A DNA stretch of 64,000 nt from the human T2T-CHM13v2.0 reference genome, Homo sapiens, in assembly GCF_009914755.1 (NCBI RefSeq), contig NC_060941.1; one strand, 5' to 3'. The position numbers and the translations under genes were made by a program. The notes under the pieces are model-generated. The model worked only from the letters and a program-made list of their open reading frames with translations, made no database searches and was not told where the DNA came from. Numbering within the stretch: position 1 is the stretch's first letter; the number at the start of each line of letters is the position of its first letter. Of the stretch, positions 1 through 16,487 are shown in pieces.

Positions 1-1800
1 CTCCGCCCGCCCCGCTCCGCCCGCCCGCCCGCCCGCCTCGGCGCAGCGCAGCGCCGCTCCGAGCGCTTGCCCGTCAGAGCCGCCTCGGCGCCGCCGCCTC
101 CCGGGCCACCCCGGCCTCGCCTGGCCCCTCCGCCTCCTCCGGGCGGCTCAGCCTCACCCCTTCCCTCCCACTGCTCTAGGGGTTGCACAAAAAAAATTTT
201 TTTTTTTTAAAGAAAAATGGTTTTCGTCTTTTTTTTTTCTTTTTGCAGGGCGGGCATGTTGAGACTTTTGGATATTTCTGCCCCCAGCTCGCACTCACCT
301 GCGGAGCCGCCGGGAGGGCTAGGGGTGGGGGCGCGCGGGGCTGGAGCCGGCGAGCGCGGGTTGAAAGCCAGCCAAGCTCTGCAGCGCCCGACCCGGGCGT
401 GTACGCCGCCGCCAGTCCCCGCAGAGAAATCGTCCTCCTACCCCGCCTCCATCGCTCTGCGTTTCTCTTCCAATCAGCCGGTCGCTTGGTGGCTCCTCCA
501 TTCTCCGGCCAAGCCCAGCTGCCTAGAGCGAGCTCCACTCCTCCATCTGTTCGCCGGGGTCCTCGCTCCCCTGCCGGGGCCGGCGAGACGGCGTGAGGCC
601 GGAGGGGGATTTGCAAGGAAACCTGCCTGCTTCCCGCTCCCATTGCTCCATCCCCGCTGCCTCCTGCCTCCTGCTTCTCTCCTGCGTCTTTCCAACTCTC
701 CCCTGTCGCCACTGGTGTGTGTCTGAGTGTGTGCGCGGTTTTTTTTTTTTAATTGCTCTTTGCTTTTGCAACCCTGAAGCAAAAGGGGGGGGGTAGTTAC
801 AGGGAAAAAAAAAGCGAGAAAGAAGCTCTTAGATTTGCAACACATCGGAAAACCGGGGGAGCACCCCGCCTTATCCGATCTCCATGCTCCGCAAGGGCCT
901 TCCGGGTTTTAGGACAAGCTTCTCAATGTCCCGTTTCGCTGGGTTTAGGATCCGAGGAGTCCGAGCAAAAAGTTCTCCCCCTGGGTCGTAGTGACGGGTG
1001 TCGGGGTGGGAGTTGCGGGGATTTTTCAAGAAGCAGCAGCTACCCCGGCGTCGGTCACTGGGCCGGGGTAGGGGAAAGAGCAAAATCCCAGTGGGTTTGC
1101 GCGAGGGATCTTCTAGGGTCGAGGCGGGTGTGGGGGGAGTTGGAACCGGGAGACACCGCTTGGCGCATCTCTCCCTCGGTCTCTACCTCCTGTCCTATGC
1201 CAGCTCCCCCTTTAATTTTTTTCCTCTCCTTTAATCTAATTTCTTCCAACTCCACCTTTGTTGTTACCGGCGTCACACCCGGACCAGCCAATCCCCGCCA
1301 CGCAATCAGCTTGTCAAAAAGCCTCGGCCATCCCTAGGAAAGCAGGCCGCAGGCGCTGCCCCCCGGCGGCGGCGGGCAGCCGCGAGGGGAGCCCAGCACC
1401 CGGTTCTCGCTGCCCCGGGTGGCAGCGGGGCAGCCTCCGACAAGACGTCCCTTGGTTCACTGTCCTGCAGGCCGGGGATGAAAGGCCTGGACAGGGTCCA
1501 CCACCCACTCTCCCACTGCCACGGCCGTGGTTGACTGTCTTTGCCTCCCCTTTTCAGAGGAAAGGTTATCAGGACAGGACGCAGGGAGCCAGAAGACCAT
1601 CTGAAGGAAGCCTGCTTCCAACGGGCCCAGCCTCCAGCCACCGCTCCTGGGGCAGCGCCATTGCTCCTGGCTCTCAGGCTGCCAGTCTCCCACACCGACG
1701 CTCTACTGCCCGCATCTCGGCCAGCTGGGTCACCCAGCCCCTTTCGACTCTCCCCTGGCACGCAGCCTTCTCCTTCACTCGGCCTGCCTCGCTGCTGCTG
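1..1800. promoter_or_regulatory. UBTF: CpG island / GC-rich promoter, probably the 5' end of UBTF (minus strand)
   Basis: Seen: very high GC and CpG density, tandem GC boxes (CCGCCC) at 1-40, CCAATCAG at 470-477, a second CCAAT near 1288. Gene name is inferred from recalled synteny (UBTF lies next to the SLC4A1 3' end); no UBTF coding sequence is in the window. Confidence 0.7.
293..460 (-). other. Putative non-coding first exon ending in a consensus 5' splice site (exon end 299)
   Basis: Minus strand reads CAG|GTGAGT at 301-293, a perfect donor inside the CpG island; the 5' boundary is approximate. Confidence 0.45.
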
Positions 1801-3201
1801 TAATTCCTCTTGTCTCCTGGGAGAAATGAGATTGCTTTCCCAGGACTTCCACATCCCACTTCTATCAGGTTTCACCAACAGGGAGGAAGCCCTGTCAAGA
1901 TCTGGTGTGTCCTGTTTTTTTTTTTTTTTTTTCCCAGAGGGCACTGGCATGTAGGAGAAGCGGATTTACCACTAGTAGATGTTAATGAAATTTCAGCTTC
2001 TAGGCCCCTAACTTGCAGGACCTGCCCAAGGCCCTGAACTTAATTTTGTTTTCATCATTTGGTATTTTTTTGTTAAAAGAGCCACCGACCACCTCCCCGC
2101 TACCCCAGAACTGCACGTGTTTCTGGCCCTACAAACCCAGATCGTCCCTTGGAATATACACAGGGCAATTTGTGTAGGATCACACTGCGCTAAAAGTGAG
2201 GCATGGTGGGCTAGGCGCACTGGCTCACACCTGTAATCCCAGCACTTTGGGAGACCAAGACAGGAGGTCTTAAGTGATTAAGCCCAGGAGTTCGAGATCA
2301 GCTTAGACAACATAGCAAGATGCTGCCTCTACAAACACACACACCCCCTATTATAATATGTCAAAAAAAAAAAAAAAAAAAGGAAAAGTGAGGCATAGAA
2401 CTGACTTTATTGTTTTGACTAGGAAAGAGCAAAGGGTTTGGAATCAAAAGTCCCAACTTCCCCACCTTCTTAATAGTGTGTGAATCTGAGTGCCTTATTA
2501 ACCTTCCCTGGTCCCAGTTTCGTATCTGTAAAGTTAGAATAGCAATCCTGTTTAATTTGCTTCTCTCACCAGGGATCAGAAGGCCAAATGAGATGATGTA
2601 TGTAAAATTGTAAAGTCCTCCACAGATGGCACTTGCCACATTACAGAGAACTTGAGACCCCCCCCCACCAATAACGTTCCAAATCTTCCACATGCAGATC
2701 TGGAGTCCAGGTGTCCTGGCTCCTGGCCCTGAACTTTTTGGCTGGGCCAAGGGGCTTTTCGGTAAAGTGCTTTGGAATAAAACAGGATGAACATGAATCA
2801 TAAGAATGAGTATTTATTGATTCCTTGGGCAGCAAAAACTATGGCTGGCACCCTTCCCACTTGGAAACGAATTGGCTTGTTTTACATCTATTTCGTCTGT
2901 GGTGAGGTCAGGAGTCCAAGACTTGGGCTAACGGCCAGAGTATGAGGAATCTGCCCTTGGCCCTTTTTCTTTGCCCCATTTCCCAGTTCATCTCCCTCCT
3001 CACCCTCCAGCCTTCTGGCATGTGCCTTGAAGCAGAGCGCTGGCATTCAATAACCCCAGCCCAGGCTGGTGACAAAGCGGGATCCTAGCTACACAATTTC
3101 CACTTGGCCTCAGTATTTCCCCAGGTTGCCAGCATCCAAGCACCAGCTTATATAAAACCCCCAGAGTGCCTGGAATGCGTTAACCAAAGTGTGGTACTTA
3201 A

Positions 3202-3686
<485 letters not shown>

Positions 3687-3703
3687 TAAGTCAGAGATAG
3701 TAA

Positions 3704-4134
<431 letters not shown>

Positions 4135-4337
4135 TGATCTGCCTGCGTCAGCCTCCTAAAGTGCTGATTACAGGCAGGAGCCACCCAACCCAGCATAAGT
4201 ATACAGCTTGATGAACTTTTAGGTATGTATATTTAGTATCATATTACATATGTGTATACCATGTAACCAGCACCCAGATCAAAATATCAAATATTTCTAG
4301 CATTTAGCAAGTTTTTTTTTTTTTTTTTTTTTTTTGA

Positions 4338-4445
<108 letters not shown>

Positions 4446-4565
4446 TAGCTGGGACTACAGGTGCCCGCCACCATGCCCGGCTAATTTTTTTTTTAATTTT
4501 AATTTTTAGTAGAGACGGGGTTTCACCGTGTTAGCCAGGATGGTCTCGATCTCCTGACCTCGTGA

Positions 4566-4673
<108 letters not shown>

Positions 4674-4866
4674 TGAGGTTCTGAGCTCTATCACCATAGA
4701 CAAGTTTTACCTGTTCTTGTAGTATTTCCATTGTATAAATATACCACAATTTATCCATTCTACATTTATTTATTTATTTTAAGGTGAAGTCTTGCTATGT
4801 TGCCCTAGCTGGTCTTGAACTCTTGAACTCCTGTTTTTTTTTTTGTTTTTTGTTTTGTTTTTTTGA

Positions 4867-5319
<453 letters not shown>

Positions 5320-6879
5320 TAGTAGAGACTGGGTTTCACCATGTTGCCCAGGCTGGTCTTGAACTCCTGACCTCAAATGATCTACCTACCTTGGCCTCCC
5401 AAAATGCTGCCTCCATCTCCCAAACTGCTAGGATTACAGGTGTGAGCCACCGCACCTGGCCATAAGTTCAAATTAATTAAAATTAAATAAAATGGAAAAT
5501 TCAGTTCCTCAGTCACATTTACCATATATCCATGGCCCTATGTGTCTAGTGGCTACATTATTGGATACTAGAGATATAGAACATTTCCTAGGCTGGCGCG
5601 GTGGTTCACGCCTGTAATCCCAGCACTTTGGGAGGCCGAGGTGGGTGGATCACCTGAGATCAGGAGTTCGAGATCAGCCTGGCCAACATGGTGAAACCCT
5701 ATCTGTACTAAAAATACAAAAATTAGCCTGGCGTGGTGGCAAGCACCTGTAATCTCAGTTACTCGGCAGGCTGAGGCAAGAGAATCACTTGAACCTGGGA
5801 GGCGGAGCTTGCAGTGAGCGGAGATCCCACCACTGTACTCTAGCCTGGGTGACAGAGCAAGACTCTTCTCAAAAAAAAAAAAAAAAAAGAAAACAATAGA
5901 GTGTGGTGATTTGGGGTACATGGTGTGAGGGGATGGCAGGATATGAAGGAAAGGGCAATTGAGTAGAGCTCTTAGAGGTAAAACTCACAAAAATATAGGG
6001 CCCCATCTGACCTAGTCCACCTGCAATTTTTATTTTTTATTTATTTATTTTTTATGTTTAGAAGAAATACGGACTTTAATGAAGAGTTTTCCTTTTGCTA
6101 CAAGTGAGACCCGGGGAAACATCCCAACAACGACAAAAGGAGGCCAGGATGGAAACAGCCCACTCTCTCTTATCCACAAGGCCTAAAGAGAAAGCCCGGC
6201 TTGCTGTCGTGTGTCCACTCCGGGCCTAGGCAGGGCTGCGCCTGTAAAAGGTACTCAGGAACTGCAGGTTTTGCATTTCCCCTTTGTGAAACTAACATGC
6301 ATTTGGGCAAACTTCTGCCTCCCAGTCTCGTGGTAAGAGGCCCAAGTTTTTCTAGTCCTAGGTGGAAATCAGTTTCATCTGCCTCAGGTCTCTGGTATAA
6401 ATAATAATGCTGCTGATCCCAGTTACCTCACAGGCCTGGGCAACGAAAATGCCAAGAGCTGCAAAAGGTCTTGGAAAATTCAAAAAGGTGATGTATAAAT
6501 TTAATAATTGATTATCATTTTGTGCTCAAGAATAAGCCATGGAAAACAAAATTAGGAAAGTAAGTCTATATCCCTAAAATATATGCATATAAAATTTTAA
6601 AAGAATGCAGTTCCAACTCTGCAGATAGTATTCAGGGATGGTCTACTGCTTTAGAGTCTCAATGCCCCTTTTCCCACCTCCACAAAATCCACCTGGGAGA
6701 GTTTACTGTACACGAAGCCCAAATTCAGTCACCCCCCACCCCTCCTCTCCCAGAAAGGGAGGCAGGGCAGAGGCTCCAGGAGGAAGGGCTACATTTTGGC
6801 TATAGAGTACAATAGGCATGCATCATGGGAGGGCAGGGTTTATGAAATGGATTGAGGGGCTCTGGCCAGGAGGCACTGA

Positions 6880-7390
<511 letters not shown>

Positions 7391-7960
7391 CGAACTCTTT
7401 GCATAAAATATCTTCAGACCTAGGAGGTGGTCAAAGGCACAAAGTTTAAACATGGGGTGGGGGTTGTGGAGAGGTGTCTGGGGTACCCTGAAGCTCAGAG
7501 GTGTGATTTGTTCCCCCTTGCCCAGAAGGGTGACTGCTCCACTGGGCCTATCACCACAGGACATTTTCCATGACAAGCACTCACCTTCTTGGGGAAGGGA
7601 CATCGGGTTGGCACAGGAAAGGCGTAGGTAAGGGGCCACTCTGTCCATTAATACTTCGGGTGATTAATGTTTGGGGAGAAGCAAGATTCTCCCCCAGGCT
7701 TCTGACTCAAACTCTCTCACTTAGCTGGATACTAAACCCAGTGTCCACACTACCCTCAGCTCTGACACAAGGCCAAACCCACAGAACACTCCCAAATGAG
7801 GTCCCGAGAGTTAGGGAATAGGGTGGAATCTTCTGGAAGAGGGCGCTGGGGCAGATCACAGTTTCCACTTCACAGGTTGCTGTAGATACAGTTCACTGCC
7901 CACAGAGATGATAGGCCAGTGATTGTCCATGTGGTAGCTGATGAGGTGACTGACACTCTC

Positions 7961-8222
7961 TTTTTTTTTTTGAGACGGAGTCTCGCTCTGTTGCCCAGGC
8001 TGGAGTACAGTGGCGTGATCTCGGCTCACTGCAAGCTCCGCCTCCTGGGTTCACACTATTCTCCTGCCTCAGCCTCCTGAGTAGGGACTACGGGCGCCTG
8101 CCACCACGCCCAGCTAATTTTTTGTATTTTTAGTAGAGACCGGGTTTCACCGTATTAGCCAGGATGGTCTCGATCTCCTGACCTTGTGATCTGCCTGGCT
8201 TGGTCTCCCAAAGTGCTGGGAT
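7961..8222 (-). mobile_element. AluY-like element, slightly 5'-truncated, interrupting the SH2 region of the SHC1 pseudogene
   Basis: TSD tgacactctc at 7951-7960 and 8223-8232; Y-type features (gcaagctccgcc, aggatggtctcgatc). Confidence 0.85.
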
Positions 8223-9639
8223 TGACACTCTCAAAGCAGTGATCCTTTGTCCAAACCAGTCCTTCAGGGTCCACCAATAGCAGGTGCTTAGGCAGCCCAC
8301 TCTGCAAGCCAGTAAGCACATACTGGCCTTGGTCATGCTCTCCCGCACCAGGAAGTCGCCATGGAGCTGCAGCAATGCCTCAGCCTCTCGCTGGCTCAGC
8401 TTCCCGTGGAACCAGGGCTCCCCTTGGAGCTGCTCAGCCATGGAAACCACTGGGGAGGGGGAGGCACCCAAAGAGCATCTTTAAAGGGCTTCATGTCAAA
8501 GAGGTCCCAGGGTGCACTGCGATTGATGGCAGGATGGGGGGGCCTAGCACCACCTTCTGCTTGCCGGGCCTTGTCTAGGTTCTGGACGTTGATATAGGGA
8601 TCATTGAAGAGCTCTCTGCCTGCTGGACAGGGTGGTGGAGGTGGCATCTGTTTGCGGACTTCTGGATCTCCCCCAGCAGGCTATCCCACAGGCAGTGTAG
8701 CTCCCAAGTGGCTGGGGGTCCAGACACTGGGTGGAGTGGGTCAAGCAGCCTCTGAAGTGGCTCCTTCCCGAAGCCTCATGTCTACCAACTCCCCAAGAGA
8801 AGGTTCCTTCCCAGGGACGTCATTATAGTACTAATGGTCAGGTGGCTCTTCCTCCTCCTCATCCCAAGCTGATCCATCAAAGCCAGCCATCCTGTCTTGG
8901 GGGTGAGCAGTTGGGGTGGGTTCGTGAGGTATTGTTTGAAGCACAACTCGAAGGCCTGGCCAATGGTGCTAATGACATCCTGGGAGGGCCTTTGGGACAC
9001 TCCAGAATGTGGCAGGCTCTCTGATTCACAGGGTCTTTGGCAACGTAGGCAACATCCTCAGCTGTGTCCTGTTTGCAGTCTGCGGCCATGAGGTTGAGGC
9101 TGCTGGTGGAGACGGTGAGAGTGATTGGCATTCCAGCAAATTTCAGGTTACTCCTTCCCAGGATAGAGCTGAGCAGGCAGCTACAGGGCTTTCTCTTCCT
9201 TGTCACCCCCTTCACACCCAGCACAGCATCACACACCAGACTGATGGCCTGCCTCCCTGCGTGACCTGAGTTGGGTGTTGAAGTCGAGGGCACGCATTGA
9301 TTGCAGGACCTCCATATAGCCCATGGAAGTGAGCCTGGGCCATTAGCATCCTCTGCTACAACAGCTGTGGATTGGAGCTAGCAAAGTGAGGACAGGAAGG
9401 AAGTGGTCCCAGCGGACATAGAGCAGGGCCAAGAGGAAGAGCAAAGCAGGGCCTCATGGAGTCTCCGCACCGCACCACAGGCCGATTTGATTCCAGATCA
9501 CACCACTGCCTGCTTAGGTCACCACTCCAACTTTCTCCCCTGGCTCTGCCTCCCTAGAGAAACTTTATTACGCTCACTTCCCGCCTCACTAACCCCTGAC
9601 CCTCTCCCCCTGCAGTTTTTAACTTTCTGAGTTGCTCAC

Positions 9640-10200
<561 letters not shown>

Positions 10201-10819
10201 CTCTTCTTCCTGTTTTTTTTTTTTTTTTTTTTAAGAGATGAAGTCTTGCTATGTTGCCCAGGCTGATCTTGAACCCCTGGGCTTATAATCCCAACTCCAA
10301 AGTGTTGGGATTATAGGCGTGAGCCACCTTGCCCAGTTGAAATCCTCTATTTCGTTTTGAGTGAATTTGGCTGTTTGTGTCTTTCACTCTGTTTAAAAAA
10401 CTATATATGGGTTGGGTGTGGTAGCGCATGCCTATAATCCCAGCACTTTGGAAGGCCAAAGCAACGGGATTGCTTGAGCCCAGGAGTTTGAGACCAGTCT
10501 GGGCAACATAGCAAGACCCTCTCTCTACAAAAAAATACAAAAATTAGCCGGGTATAGTGCCCTCATGCCTGTGATCCCAGCTACTCAGGAGGCTGAGGCA
10601 GGAGGATCACTGGAACCCAGGAGGTTGAGGCTGCAGTGAGCCATGATTGCTCCACTGCACTCCAGCGTGGATGACAGAGTGAGACCCTGTCTCAAAAGAA
10701 AAGAAAAAAGAAAAAAAATTCCCACACAGCACAGATGATAGGATTTTTTTTATCCTGACGTATAGGAACTTTATTTTACTTTTAAATTTATTTAATTAAT
10801 TATTATTATTATTTTTTGA

Positions 10820-10954
<135 letters not shown>

Positions 10955-11099
10955 TAATTTTTGTAGTTTTAGTAGAAACAGGGTCTCACCATGTTGGCCA
11001 GGCTGGTCTCAAACTCCTGGCCTCAAGCGATCCGCCTGCCTCAGCCTCCCAAAGTGCTGGGATTACAGGAGTGAGCCACCGCGCCCTGCCAATAGGAAT

Positions 11100-12800
<1,701 letters not shown>

Positions 12801-13219
12801 AAGGGCCAGATGGAATGACTCATGCCTATAATCCCAGCACTCTGGGAGGTCGAGGTGGGAGGATCGCTTGGGCCCAGGAGTTTGAGACCAGCCTACGCAA
12901 CATAGGAAGACCTTGTCTCTACAAAATTTTATTTTTTAATTGGCTGGGTGTGGTGGTGGGTGCCTGTCGTCCTAGCTACTCCAGAGGCTGAGGTAGGAGG
13001 ATTACTGGAGCCTGGGGGGTTGAGGCTGCAGTGAGCCATGATTGAGCCACTGTACTCCAGCCTAGGCGACAGAGCGGGACGCTGTCTAAAATTTAAAAAA
13101 AATAAAATGCACACACATATATAGACATGCTCTATTTTAAAATATATGTAAGGTAGGCTTGGCGCAGTGGCTCACGCCTGTAATCCCAGCACTTTGGGAG
13201 CCTGAGATGGGTGAAATCA

Positions 13220-13483
<264 letters not shown>

Positions 13484-13517
13484 TCACATATAATAAATCT
13501 GGAGGAATATACTCTAA

Positions 13518-13898
<381 letters not shown>

Positions 13899-15182
13899 TA
13901 AGTGTTTTATACATGTATTATTTTTGAAATCTGAAAATACAAAGATATGTTTTAATGGAAGTAGAGAGATGATTTGATGTGTGTGAGTGTGCATGTGTCC
14001 CCCAGCCTGAAAAGCATTTTCTGGTCCATCTTGGGAAAAAGTCAGCTGAGCACTCCTGCTGGGCCCTCAGGCCATAACCCACACCTCCTGCTTCTGCTTC
14101 CTCACCCAGCCCTTCCTTCCTTACCTCCTGTCAGCTGGCTCTGGGCCCAGGTACATGGGAAAGAAAACCTTCTGAGGTCACCATGTGGTCTGCCAACCCA
14201 GCAGGCTTTCCATGATGTCACTTCACTTTGCTGAGCAAATTTCACCCATTTCTCTTCAGGCTACTTCTCAGATATATTCCATTTCATAGACTCTATTCCT
14301 TCAAGATATTCCACCTCTCTCATCACTGGGACAGTTACTGCTTGTCCCTCAGGAGTCAGATCAAATGTCTCTCCCTCCAAGAAGCCCTGCCTTACTCCAG
14401 CTCCCTCTGCTCCTGCCACTCCCTGCACAATACTAGTGTTTTCTTTTGTTTTGTTTTTGAGACAAGGTCTCACTCTGTCACCCAGGCTGGAGTGCAGTGG
14501 CGCGATCACGGCTCACTGAAGCCTTGACCTCCTGGGCTCAAGTGATCCTCCCACTGCAGCCTCTGGAATACTGAGACTATAGGCGCTTGCCACCACGCCT
14601 GGCCACAATTTTTTTTTTTTTTTGAGACAGGGTTTTGCCACATTGCCCAGGCTGGTCTCAAACTCCTGGGCTCAAGGCATCTGCCCACCTCAGCCCTTCC
14701 CAAGGTGCTGGGATTACAGGCGTGAGCACCATGGCCAGCCAGTGCTCACTCTTGCTGAACGTCGGGCCCCATGCTGACTGCAGGTCCTATGATAGCATGG
14801 GCTATGTCAGCCCGCCTCTGCTACTGACTCACTGACATGCACAGATTCCCAGTTTGCCTCCTTACAGCGAATTCCTCCTGTATGAATTCACTTCCAGGTG
14901 AATCACTTTAATCATGTCACTTCCCAGCCCAAGAACCTGCAAGACTCCCTAATGCCTCCTGAATCAAGTCCAAACCCTTCTGGGCAGTTAGGGTTCTTCA
15001 AACTTGACCTTGCTTTTTCCATCTTATATGAACCTCTTCTAGAAGGACTCACCTCTGCAGTCAAGACTTCCCTGTGCTGTCGATACACCATTCCCACCTC
15101 CCTGCCCTTGGCCAAACCACTCCCCTACCTACCTGGAAGGTACCCCACCCTCCATTCTCCCTGACCCTTGAGAACAAATTGA

Positions 15183-15515
<333 letters not shown>

Positions 15516-16140
15516 TAGTTCCTCTTCTCCACAAGCATTCTGTCTCTGGACTTCATAAGCTTGATGGCATAGAGGTGTAGAAGGACACCAGGCTCTTGGT
15601 CAAACAGCCGTGCATCTGAATCCTACCCTGCCTCTTAGAAGCCGTATGAGCTAGGGTGAGTTCCTTATCTTCTCTGTGCTTCAGTTTCCTTATCAGTAAG
15701 ATGGGGCTAAAGCCGACCTCACAGGGTTATTGTGAGGAGGAAAAGAGTAAGAACACGGAAAGCACCTGGAACTGTGCCTAGCACATAGTATGTGCTCAAT
15801 AAATACTGAAAGCTACTTCTTCAGCCCATTCTGCTCTCTGCCCTCTCAATTTCCACAGCTCATGTCCCTGCAGCCTGCCAGCCCTGGGTCACATCCTGTC
15901 ACACAGCCCTAGAACTGTTCCATATGGTCAGCAAAACTGAGAACCCAGACCCCTCATATACAAAGAGACAGAAACAAACCTCTCAAATATGACACACCTT
16001 GTTAGCAGTGATCAGAGGAGAAAAGGGTTTATTACCCAGTCCCGGAGTGACACCATCCCCCACCCAACAACTCTCAACAACTTGATAGGGCCCAAAGAGG
16101 GAAGGGGCCTAGAAGACTGAGAGCAAAAGAGAAAGGTGAG

Positions 16141-16452
16141 GCTGGCCAGGCACAGTGGCTCATGCCTGTAATCCCAGCACTTTGGGAGGTCCAGGCGGGC
16201 AGATCACCTGAGGTCAGGAGTTTGCCAGCCTGGCCAACATGGTGAAACTGTATCTCTACTAAAAATACGAGAATTAAACTGGCATGGTGGCGGGCGCCTG
16301 TATTCCCAGCTACTTGGGAGGCTGAGGTAGGAGAATCGCTTGAACCCGGAAGGTGGAGGTTGCGGTGAGCCGAGACCCTGCCACCATGCTGTTGCACTCC
16401 AGCCTGGGTGACAAGAGCCAAACTCCATCTCAAAAAAAAAAACAAAAAAAAC
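16141..16452 (+). mobile_element. Alu (AluS-like) with TSD
   Basis: TSD gagaaaggtgag at 16129-16140 and 16453-16464. Confidence 0.85.
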
Positions 16453-16487
16453 GAGAAAGGTGAGACCTTTAAGAGATGATAGGAGCC

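Noticed and set aside
176-1954. Several 130-214 aa ORFs over the CpG island
   Set aside because: Expected from stop-poor GC-rich DNA; low-complexity, homopolymer-derived peptides with no recognisable domain.
8130-9293. SHC1-like ORFs as a functional gene
   Set aside because: Frameshifts, a nonsense codon, an Alu in the SH2 region and 5' truncation.
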